From: a virus
Taxonomy: Duplodnaviria; Caudoviricetes
IMG/VR virus record: IMGVR_UViG_3300044513_002645
Coordinates: 1 to 27,557 of that record
DNA length: 27,557 bases
Reading direction: 5' to 3' (one strand)
The translations under genes and the position numbers were made by a program. The notes under the pieces are model-generated. The model made no database searches. It had not been told where the DNA came from and saw nothing but the letters and a program-made list of their open reading frames with translations. Each line of letters begins with the position of its first letter. Within the stretch, counting starts at the first letter, position 1. This document shows, piece by piece, positions 11,041 to 22,500 of the stretch.

Positions 11041-11048
11041 TATTTAGG
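11041..11048 (-). promoter_or_regulatory. Putative late promoter variant CCTAAATA upstream of the VrlC-like gene
   Basis: TAAATA core in the 43-nt gap between gp8 and the VrlC-like gene, about 33 nt from the ATG at 11008. Confidence 0.6.
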
Positions 11049-11051
11049 AGA

Positions 11052-12938
11052 TCAGAACTCAATTACTAACTTAATATCTTCAATTTGGTCAGCAGCACGA
11101 GTGATTAGTCTTCTGTTCTCGACATAGATGATATCACCAGAGTTCTGTTCGATTTCGGGGAATCCAAAACCGCTAGAGAAGGAAACGCCAAGAACTGAAA
11201 CACCAGTAACAGTAGTATCTACACCACCAGCAGCGAGAGATGCGCTACCTTGAATATTAGCACTTCCAACTCCACCTTCAAATGGTCTTACAATACCATT
11301 GTCTGCATGGAGATCTGGTGCTTGGATATACTTAAGAACACCATCTGTTGTAGAACCAGAATCAAGAGTCCAGGAAACAACTGTTCCTCTTGCAGTTCCA
11401 CCACCCTGAAGTGTTTGAGTGATTGTTTCGTCAGCAACGTAATCTGCGCTTGCTCCAGTAATCTTAACAGCATAGAGACCGTTTAGAGTATCTAGAACTG
11501 CAAAATCGGTTGTATTCCAGTTGTATGGATCTTTGATGATACCGATGCGACGGAAGTCGTTGTCAACGGGGAAGTCGCCAGAACCTTCAGCGTAGGTCAG
11601 ACGGATGTTCGTCATGATACGCTTAGCATTGAGTTCTAGTTCGAAGTCAGAACCGTGACCACCCTGAGGAGCAAGAACAACTTCCAGAGCACCTGTTCCA
11701 CCAACACCAGTGCGTGCAGTGGTTAGTGCTTGCTCAGCATAGAGACCATAAGGGCGACCAGCAACAGTTGCGCCATTATCAAGTGCAACAGAACCATAGG
11801 TGTAACCAGCGCCTCTATCTACAACCTCACATGATTCGATCAAACCACCAGTTACAACAATACGAACGACTGCTGGAGTTCCTGCCGCTTGACCATCTCC
11901 TAGAACAGGAGCATAGTGAATGCCGTTAGGTAGACCAGATCCACGATCTTCTACTAGAACAATATCGATAGAACCATCAACAGCAAGTGCTTCTGTGGCA
12001 GTTCTGGTTGCTTCACCTTCTAGGTTGATTGGCATGAAGTTGGTTGAGAGGAATCTCAAAACATCATCAGTTGGAATAGTATACATATACTTCCAAATGT
12101 AGTTCGCAGAACCTGAAACTAGAGGATCAGAAGCTTCAGTGAAGATTCCCGTTCCTGCGTTATAGGTTCCTTGACCTGCAGAAGGAGTTGTCTTTGGTTC
12201 GTATACTGGGCTGGGGTCAACCTGACCTGGGAATTGACCGTTGTAGAGACACTTAAAGACTTCGTAGTTTGAGTTAACTACGTAGAACTTTGCAGCGCCA
12301 AGAGATGATGCACCAGTTGTTGATTGCTTACCTACCTGACCTGTTGTGGTTGCAGAGTAGTCAGGCTTATACATATCGAAACGAGGCTCACTAGCGAGCA
12401 GGTTCCAATCGTAACGGGTAATAACACCACGAGCGAATTGATCTGTAATACGCTTAGCAGCGATGATTTCGTCGTAGATGTCAAACTTTTCGCCCTGGTT
12501 ATCCAGAGGTGTTGGAGGAGTGTCCTCTGTTGCATAACGGTATACACCAGCGCGTGCTTCAGCGCCAGTATCTGCCGCTCCATTCCATCCCTCAATAACT
12601 GCATTTGGCAGTGGTGTTGAGTTTACAGAAGGAGTGACATCACTGAGGATCAGTGAATTGTCATAAACTTCTTCGATAGATGCTCTGAATGGAGAATTCG
12701 CGAATGTATATGATCCGTTAGTATCGGAAGAAACATATACAAACTGATTCTTTGCGAATGCTACAGTGTTTTGTGAATAGATTTCAAGGTAAGCGTCCCA
12801 GCGTTGAGGACGACCCACGAAGAAATACATTCTCGTCTTCTCGGGGCTATCGTCTGCGCCACCGACAGGCTCACTAAGAGATTCTAAAAACTGTTTAGCA
12901 TTAAAAATTCTAAACTTATCTGAGATGATTGCAGCCAT
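11052..12938 (-). CDS. gp8: Baseplate wedge subunit gp8 (628 aa)
   Basis: MAAIISDKFRIFNAKQFLESL, YFFVGRPQRW, PPTPLDN, FYVVNSNYEVFKCLYNG, YIWKYMYTIP, NDFRRIGIIKDP, and C-terminal SGDIIYVENR...RAADQIEDIKLVIEF are hallmarks of T4-like gp8. Synteny gp6-gp7-gp8 agrees. Confidence 0.93.
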   Translation of the reverse strand: MAAIISDKFRIFNAKQFLESLSEPVGGADDSPEKTRMYFFVGRPQRWDAYLEIYSQNTVAFAKNQFVYVSSDTNGSYTFANSPFRASIEEVYDNSLILSDVTPSVNSTPLPNAVIEGWNGAADTGAEARAGVYRYATEDTPPTPLDNQGEKFDIYDEIIAAKRITDQFARGVITRYDWNLLASEPRFDMYKPDYSATTTGQVGKQSTTGASSLGAAKFYVVNSNYEVFKCLYNGQFPGQVDPSPVYEPKTTPSAGQGTYNAGTGIFTEASDPLVSGSANYIWKYMYTIPTDDVLRFLSTNFMPINLEGEATRTATEALAVDGSIDIVLVEDRGSGLPNGIHYAPVLGDGQAAGTPAVVRIVVTGGLIESCEVVDRGAGYTYGSVALDNGATVAGRPYGLYAEQALTTARTGVGGTGALEVVLAPQGGHGSDFELELNAKRIMTNIRLTYAEGSGDFPVDNDFRRIGIIKDPYNWNTTDFAVLDTLNGLYAVKITGASADYVADETITQTLQGGGTARGTVVSWTLDSGSTTDGVLKYIQAPDLHADNGIVRPFEGGVGSANIQGSASLAAGGVDTTVTGVSVLGVSFSSGFGFPEIEQNSGDIIYVENRRLITRAADQIEDIKLVIEF

Positions 12939-12960
12939 TGTTGTTTTTTCTCTGGGACGT

Positions 12961-12984
12961 TATTTATTATCTGATTTATTTATA
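12961..12984 (-). promoter_or_regulatory. Tandem T4-type late promoters upstream of gp8 (TATAAATA at 12977-12984, AATAAATA at 12961-12968)
   Basis: One perfect match to the gp55 late consensus TATAAATA plus a second NATAAATA in a 63-nt intergenic gap. Confidence 0.8.
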
Positions 12985-13001
12985 CGGTAATTATTTTCAG
13001 A

Positions 13002-13532
13002 TCACTCTGGACCAGAAAATTGAATCATTTCATTGTTATTATTTAGAATGTTTGTTCCACTCTTTACGTATCCCGTAAAAGTGGTAGCAGTCTTTTCCGT
13101 ATATTCAATCAGTTGCCTTGCTGAAGTGAAAATATGCCCACTAGAATAAAAATTACTAGTGTTTAAAACATTAATTACTGATGGGTTTTCCGCATCTACT
13201 GATATAGTTTGACCACCATCAGCGAAAGTTACTCCCATGAACATACCAGAAGGACCTACATTAAATTTTTCGCCAGCAAGAGTAAACGTAGAATTAGGTC
13301 TTTCTTCAAAATCTCTAATTGATAGTTGGGGGTATGCTCTTTGTATATCTTCGATTACATGGTCTCCTTCAAATTTAATTTTCTCAAAATCTTGTAGTGT
13401 GTATGTAGAATTACCACTAGTAAATGATTCAAAACCTGCTGGAGTTCGAGCAGAAAAATTTGTCACAAAGATAGTAGTCCCATCTCTTTTATGGACTTCA
13501 TTATAATCTCCAGCTAATTGGATTTCTGCCAT
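13002..13532 (-). CDS. 176-aa structural protein, probable detached C-terminal segment of gp7
   Basis: Starts 1 nt after the gp7 stop (CGA TAA A ATG). Contains NTSNFYSSGHIF...IEYTEKTATTFTG, which resembles the gp7 internal repeat NTSLFPSSGKLQIGKEIVSYEKTLLDRF. Confidence 0.8.
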   Translation of the reverse strand: MAEIQLAGDYNEVHKRDGTTIFVTNFSARTPAGFESFTSGNSTYTLQDFEKIKFEGDHVIEDIQRAYPQLSIRDFEERPNSTFTLAGEKFNVGPSGMFMGVTFADGGQTISVDAENPSVINVLNTSNFYSSGHIFTSARQLIEYTEKTATTFTGYVKSGTNILNNNNEMIQFSGPE

Positions 13533-13533
13533 T

Positions 13534-16500
13534 TTATCGAGTCTTAATAGAGGTTTCTAGAACAACAAGTTCAGTATAGTAATCAAGGATACCAGTCTGA
13601 CGTTGTAGCATGACATCTGCTACTTTTGCTTCTCCACCAATAATTGGTAGGTGAGAACCTACATTATATGTAGATGTAATAGATGGTGCAGATAGATCGA
13701 CATTTGTCTCAATTGTTGTGAGAGTAATGATATTGCTCAGATCAAGTCTATTCTGAATCTGCTTAGGTCCATCTTCAGACTGACCACCCAGGACTCCACC
13801 ATCAGCACCTCTTGCAAAATCTAGTAATACAGATGCTTGTGGAGCAAGAATCACTCTTGCTACTGTCTGTGTCTGCAGCGCATTCATGCTAGACTTAGCA
13901 GGTTGTGCCGCAACATAGATCTCGGAAGTTGAGATAGCAGAAACACTAGAGATTGCAGTTACAGTCTTAAATCCTTCAAACTTAGTAATTTCTGTTTGAA
14001 GTTGAATATCTAGATCAAGAGTAATTTGAGCACCAATCTGAGTGACTGTGGTAGTATCAGCTATAGTAACAATATTTGAATGTATACTCTCAACAGAAGC
14101 GACTACTTGTGTTACTTTACTGTCAGATGCTAACTGTGCCGTATCAGTCAGAACAGTTGTAGGAGGAATAATAGTAATCTGTTTAGTAACATCATAGTCA
14201 AACTCCAGATCAAGATCTAGATTTCTTGTAGACTGAATAAATCTATCATCACTTACTAAAACTCCAGATTCCGTCTCGACTGTATTGGTAATAACAACAA
14301 ATCTTTCTGTAGACATGGAAACAGAAGATTGTGTTGGAGCAGCAATACTCTTAATACCAACACTAACAACTGGAATGATTTCAGGGGTAACAATCTGGAA
14401 TTCATTCTCAATTTCAATGTATCTTTCATCAAGTGTTTTGATCTCTTGCTCCGAGATAATCTGTGAGTAGATCTCCGCAACCTGAGTAGATTGCATTGCA
14501 ACACTACTTTCGGTGATAACAATAGTTGCAGGACCAACAGGTAGAACAGTAACAAATTCTGGTAGAGTTCTTAGATACTGACCACCAGGATGTGCTTGAG
14601 CGGTAGATCCGTCAATACCTCTAGTCAATTCTAAGAATCTATCAAGTAGAGTCTTCTCATACGAAACAATTTCTTTTCCGATCTGCAGTTTACCACTGCT
14701 TGGGAATAGAGATGTATTTAATACGTATGCTGTAGTTGCAGTTGGAGATAAAGGAGCATCTAAGAATGCACCAGTTACAGTATAAGCATCTTCTTGTGCA
14801 TATACAATAGGTGCATTAATAGTCTTATTAATAATTGTAGTATGCTGATCTAACTCCATTTCTGGAGAAATATCTGTAATAATAGCAACAGGAGAATCTA
14901 GAATTACTGTGATTACTAATTCATTGATATTAAGTTCAGCTGCTCTTTGATCAATTGCTGTAGATGCTTCTCTCTTTGTATACTGGAAGAATTCTGCTCT
15001 CTTGAGTTCTGTTCCTGCTTCTCTAGCGGTAGTGTGAATCTCAGTTTCATAAATGGAGTCAGAATCAATCTGATCTCCAGCAAATCCGCCAAGAGCAATA
15101 ATAGAAACAATTGACGAAACTGTTCCTTCTCCAGTTAACAAAATCTCTGTTTGAACAACAGCAAGAGACTGAATACTATTTTCAGTGTTTATTTTGAGAA
15201 CAGAAAGAGAATTAATAACTCTTTGATGATTTCTCTTTACAACATATCCTCTAGTAACAACCGCTTTTGGTGGTTGAGTATATCCATATCCACCATCGAT
15301 TAAAACTACATCTAATACTTGACCGTCTTTAGTGAGAACTTCTCCTCTCGCACCACCTCCATTTCCATCAACAGGAATAAACTTAACCTGGGGTGGAACG
15401 AAGTATTGATATGCTGTAGGTTGAAGTAGAATACCTGTATCGAAGAATAGTTTAAGATCTCTTTTATTCCATTCAAGATCACTGAATCCGAGAGAAGAAA
15501 CTCTTCCCTCACCATCAATTTGAGTGGTAATGCTAAGACCTTCGCCTCTAACAAGTCCATTATAATTGGTGACATCTACCTTAGAGAAGTGTTCATACTT
15601 AGCAGTTTGACCCAAACCAAAGTTTCTGAGGTTTGCAGTAGATGGAACATACTCAATAGTTCTATATTCGGACTCACCATCAACTAAAATTTCATCTCCA
15701 GGTTGAATATCTAAAGTTGTTGTGTGAATATCATAATATGCTTTATCACCTAAATCAGAACCTCTAATCCATTCTGGTAAATCACGGACAAGTAGTCGTT
15801 TCCCTTCATCGTCAACTTTATATGAAATATCGATAGAGAATGCTCTTTCATTAACATTCAAAGAAATGAAATCCGAAAAATCTGATTTATCGGTTACATA
15901 AATTGATGTAACTCTATCATCATCTACAGTATCTGATAATGGGTTATATGAAAGATTTTCGAAATTGATATTTGCAGCGTTCAATAGAGTCATTTTAAAA
16001 TCAGTTGCTACAACTCCTGATTTAAAGAATCCATTAGCTGCAGGACCAGTTTCTAGTTCTTTAAATGTAATTGCAGAAATCTTTCCTAGAATTTCTCTAG
16101 TTCCATCACTCTTGAGTGTGAATACAATTTTAGGGGTAGATGAATTGAATCCATACAATCTGCTCTGCCAATTCAAATATTCTGCGTTTGCAACGGGAGA
16201 ATCGATAACTCGATTGATCTGGACTGTGATTTCATTAGTAAGACCAATTCTATCAAAGTCATAGAATGATAGAGTCTTGGGAACATCTCTACCATATAAA
16301 GAAATCAATCTTACTTCATTCTGAACAAATTCTCCAGTTTCAGGAACATATCTAGAAAGTCTGGAATTAAATGTGATGTTTGGACCATTTAGTCTATAAG
16401 AATTGGGATTCTGTAGAACTCCATCTACAAAGACTAAAACAAATCTATCATCAGTAACATTTTTTACAGTTCCATCCTCTTCACTAAAAATTAAGTATGG

Positions 16501-19500
16501 ACCAACGCCACGATAAGGAATTAGTCTATTGTCAATTTTAAATCTATCATAACTACCAACACCATAACCAAAGAAACTTTCTCTTTGATCTAATTGAACA
16601 GGAACTGTATCAATATCATCTGCAAAATTTCTAGGTGCTTCTGAGAACACAATAGCATCTGGTTCTGCAGGATTTGACCTTCTGTCAATATAGTATGCGT
16701 TTCCAAGAGGAGTTGTTTCATTTACTTTTGCATCTTGCAAAATACCATTGATGAAAATTAGGAATTTTTCATTAGGATCTGCTTTTACAATACTTCCATC
16801 TTCCCAATATAGATCAAAAGAATTAGCAATACCATCAAACTTAGGTGAAATATCTTTTAATTTTCTTAGATACCTTGAGTTATATACATCATCCTTAAAT
16901 CTAAAAGCTTTACATACAAACTTGGCAGCATCAGTTTCATATGTATCGTCTAGATTTTCGCCAGTTTTAGGGAACAATGGTCCAATAGGAGCTTCACTGA
17001 ATGTAATTCTAGATCCGCTTACTTTAAATGATTTTCCAGGTTCCTGAGCAACTCCATTAATAGTAATGAATAGTTCTTGCTCATTGTAAGGAGAATATGG
17101 AAGATTGTTTGATTTGTCTAATAATGTAAATGTCTTTCTTCCAAGAACGTTACCGTTACCAATTGCACCCTCCAATAGATCATATGCAGGAGAATCGATT
17201 TCAAGAACTTCGAGAGTAATATATGATGCTGCGTTTTCATAGAAAGTAATTCGATCACCAACTTCAAAACCTGATGTGATTTGAGTGATGTCAGGTTCAT
17301 TTGATAAAATAAATGCACCAAACGTTGCAAGAGAGGCATCAGCAGCAGGTGCTTCAGTAGAAAATTCTCCGAAGTTAAACTGATAACCAATTTCCATTCT
17401 TTGGATTTTGGTAAGATCAAAGACACCAGATCCAGTAGTTACATATTCATCATTTGAGAAAATGTTATAGTTATCATTACTGTCCCAAGATTGAGCAGGA
17501 GACCCTACACCAACAAAAGGTGCAATAGCAGGTTGGTTGTCACTGTTACTGATCATCTTAAATTTGATCCAGTGAGCAAATTCACCAGAGGTCACTACAG
17601 ATGCACTACCCCAAGAAGTATAAGCTGCTTTAACTTCAGTATCACTACCTTCTTTGGTGGTTGCTCTAATAGAACCTACATAATCTTCCTTGGAAGCGTA
17701 ACGACCATTAAATGGTTCTGCCAGAATCAACTGTCTAGAAATAATACCTTCAGTATCATATTCATCAATAGAAATAGAACCAGATCCTCTACGCAGATTT
17801 GTAGAAGCTACGCTAACAAAAGAGTTAGTAATCTTTGTGCTCTTTCTCTCAACCGTAACAGTTTTGGGAGCAAGTTCAATGTAACTAATAGATGTTGTTG
17901 GAGTTTGAACAGTAGGCATAGTTGCTTCCTGCTCAGAATCAATTAGAACCTCACCAAATAGTTGGAAACCAGCAGGGTGAGTAGTTTGCTTAATTAAATC
18001 TCTCCATACATCAATTGGAGTTCTAGATTGAATTACATACGAGAAATCTTGATAATAATAAGAATCAGTTATTTTCTGATATCTACTACCAACTTTTCCC
18101 TTATCTGAAGTATATCTTCCAAGATTATCATAGTATGATTTGACTTCGGGTTCAAACTCAGTGAATAATACTTCACTTACTTCCACAAATCTACTGGGAT
18201 CTTTTACAGATCTTAAAGGTAAATTGAGATCAATTACTCCTTTAATTTTAGAAAGTCTAAGAATATTAGAACCTACTCTCCATCCTTTATCAGATACTAC
18301 TGCAGTAAAAATTACATTCAATCCAGATCTTTGCTCCAGTCTTTCACCTTTGAAAAACTTAAAGTTACTATCTTTTACTACCAATGCATAATGAGATCTA
18401 TATGAAGAGAGTAAAGATTTATCAGTGTGGAAAGAACCTCCATTGTTAATGATAGAGATATCTTTAGGAACACCAATAGTAGATGATTTGAAAAATCCTT
18501 TTACTGCAGATTCATAAATTTCGATTGTTGGTGGATATGTATAACCAGATCCACGCTTTACAATCACAATATTGGAAATAATCCCATTTTGATAAGAAAC
18601 TTCAAATTCTGCTCCTACTCCATCTCCGTTAGTAACAATTGCTTTCGGTTTCACATAATTTTTTCCAGGATTATCAATAATCACAGATTCAATCTGTCCA
18701 GTTAATGTATCAATAGTTGATCGTAATACAGCAGCATTATCATTACTTACAAAACATCCACTAAGGATTGGTAGTCTCTTATAACCAGATCCTAAATTGT
18801 TTACTGTAGTCGAGTAGATTTTACCTGTGGCAAATGGAGAATTGGTAGTATATGCAATTTGTCCCGTTCCTATGTAATCGGGAGTTTCAGATATTTCATA
18901 CGCAAATTTCTTTGGTGTTGCAAAAACAACTTTCTTCGGACCTGCTAGTGGGTCGTCAATTACTTTTAATGCTGCATTATCAGTATTGACATCACTAGAC
19001 GCCTTAATGAAATAGTAATAAGTATCGAAGTTTACTGGGAATCTTCTTTGTGGAGAACCCACAATATTTGGTCCAAATCCTAAAGTAATAGCAACATATG
19101 AACCAACATTTCCTGGTTGAATGCCACTAACTTCTTTTTCTTCTGTAAAGATACTTCCAGTTCTGCTAGCAGAAAAATCTAAGAAGATACCTTGCATAGA
19201 GAAGTGACTGGTATCAAATTTATAACGATAGTATTTTTGAATTCTAATATCTTGATTGATACCATATGAAGCAAAACTTTGATCTTTAGAGAACTCTAGT
19301 TTATTTTCTCCCTCATTTACAGCGGAAATAGAAATAGATTTTCTAGGAGAACTATTATCTTGGAAAATTGTGCTATTTGTTACTTCTCTTGGGTTTGTTG
19401 CCCCATAGTTATATGCAAGAGTGACTGCCTGTGTCTCTTCATTGTAATCAATAACATATGGATCATTTAAACCAGTGCCAAGAGGTCTAGAGTTATTATC

Positions 19501-22500
19501 GAAACGATAAACTCCGTTATACAAAGATACATTTGCATTATTAAAGTGATCTCTAGCAATACTTCCTTCCTGAGCTCTATCAACGGTCACAACTCTGTCA
19601 TTAGAGTTGATAGATACCACTTTTACAATTTCACTATCAACCTGAAGAAGATCATTCTCGGAAAGTTTATTTACCTGTCTTAACTTTAATTCTGTATTCT
19701 GTAAAGAGAATCCTACATGATCAACATTTAGTGCTAATCTTTGAGTTGAAACTTCTAGAGGATTTCTAAGTAAAGACGAGTCGGCAACAGTTAAGATATC
19801 TCCTTTAATATAATCAGAACCTTTTGTTGTAATAGAAACTACAGAAACACTACCATATCCTGTTCCAGTAAAGTCACTAACAACAATTGTTGCTCTAGCA
19901 TTATTTGGATCTCCTGGAGATCCAATACCATTTCTTACTTTACTTTGATCAAAGAAAATCAACTCAACGTCATTGTATGTGTTTGATGTATATCCTAGTC
20001 CACCATTTAATAGATCAACACGACCAACACCAGTGTCGTTCAATATACTAACAAATGATGGTTTTTTTAATGTGGCAGTCTGATAGAATCTCTTTCTAAC
20101 ATAATAAGTGGTGGTAGTTTGAGATACATCTGGAATAATATCGATATTTACTTCACTACCAACACCAACATCATGGGTTTCATCAGTTTCTAGAAGCGCA
20201 ATGTTATTCTTTACAGAGAATGGAATAAGACCTTTGCTTAAAGTTGTATATGTAACAACTTGCAATCCTACATCATCTCCTAAGGTGGTGCTCTGTAAAA
20301 AGTAGTTTTTTCTAGAGGACTCTGGAACAGCAAATTCTCCAGTTAAAACTTCGACCTTAATAGAGTTTTGATTTGTTGTAGATTCTAAAATATTTCCAGT
20401 AGCAAGAATTTCTTCATCGCCATCTGTCAGTAATAGTGTAGATCCTTTAGTAAAGACGCCATTATCACTGATGATAATATTAATGATGTTACTAGAAGAA
20501 TCGAGAACTTCACCATCCTTATATGTTCCTGAAACTTGATCAATGACAAATTCATTTCTGTTTGATACGTTTCCTATGACTCTTCCAGTAAAATCTGAAT
20601 TTGCTTGAGCAATGACATCGTTTTCGAACAAATATGTAGATGAAATTAACTTAACCAGTGAAACTCCAAAAGTATTGGAATTATCAAGAGATGCAGATGT
20701 TAATGAAGAGACTTGTTTTCCTGTGACTTCAGTAACGATTGCACCTGCACCAGAACCTTCGGAACCAATGTCCGAAACAACAAAAGAGTTGCCAATTTTG
20801 AATGTATTAGGAGAATCAACAATATCTAAAGATGATACAGATCCAGAAGAGGTTCTGTCAATTCTAAGAACAGTGTTATCGCCGTTGTTGAGAATATCAT
20901 TAGTTCTCAATCTTCTTGCAGATTTAGGGATATCATCTTGTGAAAGATCTGCATTATAATTTGAATCTACTGGCAACGAATAGAAATTTTTACCTAAAAT
21001 ATATGGGAATGCTGGATCGCCACTGCTGTCGATAGTAATAAAATACGCATAAACACCTTCTGGATATTCTGGTGTTACACAGAATCTTCCATTATTTTCA
21101 TCTAATTCTAATTTACCAGTCTGAGTGCTAGGTCTCCACTCATAATCTTCAATAAAAGAACCTAGTGGAAACTCATTGGTATCAGGACCTCCAATTCTAT
21201 TTGTTTTCAAATAATACGCAGATGAAATCCTGGAAATATTACTAGAAGCATCTAGTGGGTCGCTAAATCCATATGGACCATAGATGGGATTGCCATCATA
21301 TGCATAAGCTAATACTGGAGAATGATTTGTGCCATTATCTCCAAGTTCATTTCTAAGTTCTACTGGATTAGCACAAATACCATATCCAAATCCCTTTACG
21401 GGATTATAATTTGGAAATACGTATCCATTTGATGCATCTAGATTCGTTTGTAGATTGTAATATCTGTCTTTAGTCCATGTTGTAATTTCAGCAGTTGCAG
21501 TTGCTGCATCTCCCACAGGAAGGATATCAACAATAACTTCTCCTCTAGTGTAGAACTTTCCTTCATCTACAACTTCAAATCCTACAACTTTACCATTTTC
21601 AAGGATGGTATTGTATTCTGCAAATCTTCCTCTTCCTAGTCTGTCTACAATTCTTACAGTAGGTGGAGTAGAATAATACTCACCCTGATCTACTACAACG
21701 ATACTTGTAATTCTTCCAAAAGTAACAATTGCAGATGCTCTTGCTCCTCTACCAGAAGTAATAATTACTGTGGGATTTTCGGAATAAGAAACTGGATCCA
21801 GTAACTCAATACTATCTACTGTCTCGCCAGAAAGTTTTGCTCTTGCCTTGCCAGGGATATTATTAATGAGCACATTTGGTGCATCTAGATATCCAGATCC
21901 CTTATCCGTAATGTTAAATCTTTCAATAGGACCAAATGTAATTTGATCAAAGTCTTTGTTACTGAGTGCAAGAGTTCCATCTACAAAAATACCAACATCT
22001 CTTTGTGAAGTTTGATATGATTCGGTAATGGTTTGTGGATTCTTTCTGATTAGTCTCAGAACCTTCTGATCACTCAAAGATGCTTGAGTTGTTGCAGAGA
22101 GAATGTTTCTGCTTGGATATGAAGATGAGCAAATATAATAATAGTTACTATCCTCAAAAATTGCAGATACATCAGCATTCAGCTCATTAATTTGACTATT
22201 GATAATTGCACTATTGCTTGATGCTTTCGAATTTCCAATGATCCATCTAGTAGAATTTGAATCTAAATCCGTTATAATAGGATCTCTAGTTACAAATCCA
22301 GGATCGGAAACCTCAACAAAATCTCCTTCTTCAGAGTATGGAGACTCTACAGTAGGATTGAGATTATATAAAACACCAAGGACAAGAAGTTTTACATTTT
22401 CACATGTTACAGTTGAATAACTATAGACATTAAGTCCTTTACTGTATACTTGACTACCTTGTCTAGACTCGATTAAAAATTGATTTACATTTTTTTCATT

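Noticed and set aside
13002-13060. AAY-rich 3' end (NNNN) as part of a diversity-generating retroelement
   Set aside because: No paired repeat differing at adenines and no reverse transcriptase in the window.
3043-17426. Short minus-strand alternative-frame ORFs nested in the VrlC-like gene, gp8 and gp7
   Set aside because: Leu/Gln-rich off-frame translations fully inside long genes, with no independent support.
17160-17703. gp7 insertion as an intein or homing endonuclease
   Set aside because: No C/S start with HN-C/S/T end, and no LAGLIDADG, HNH or GIY-YIG motif.
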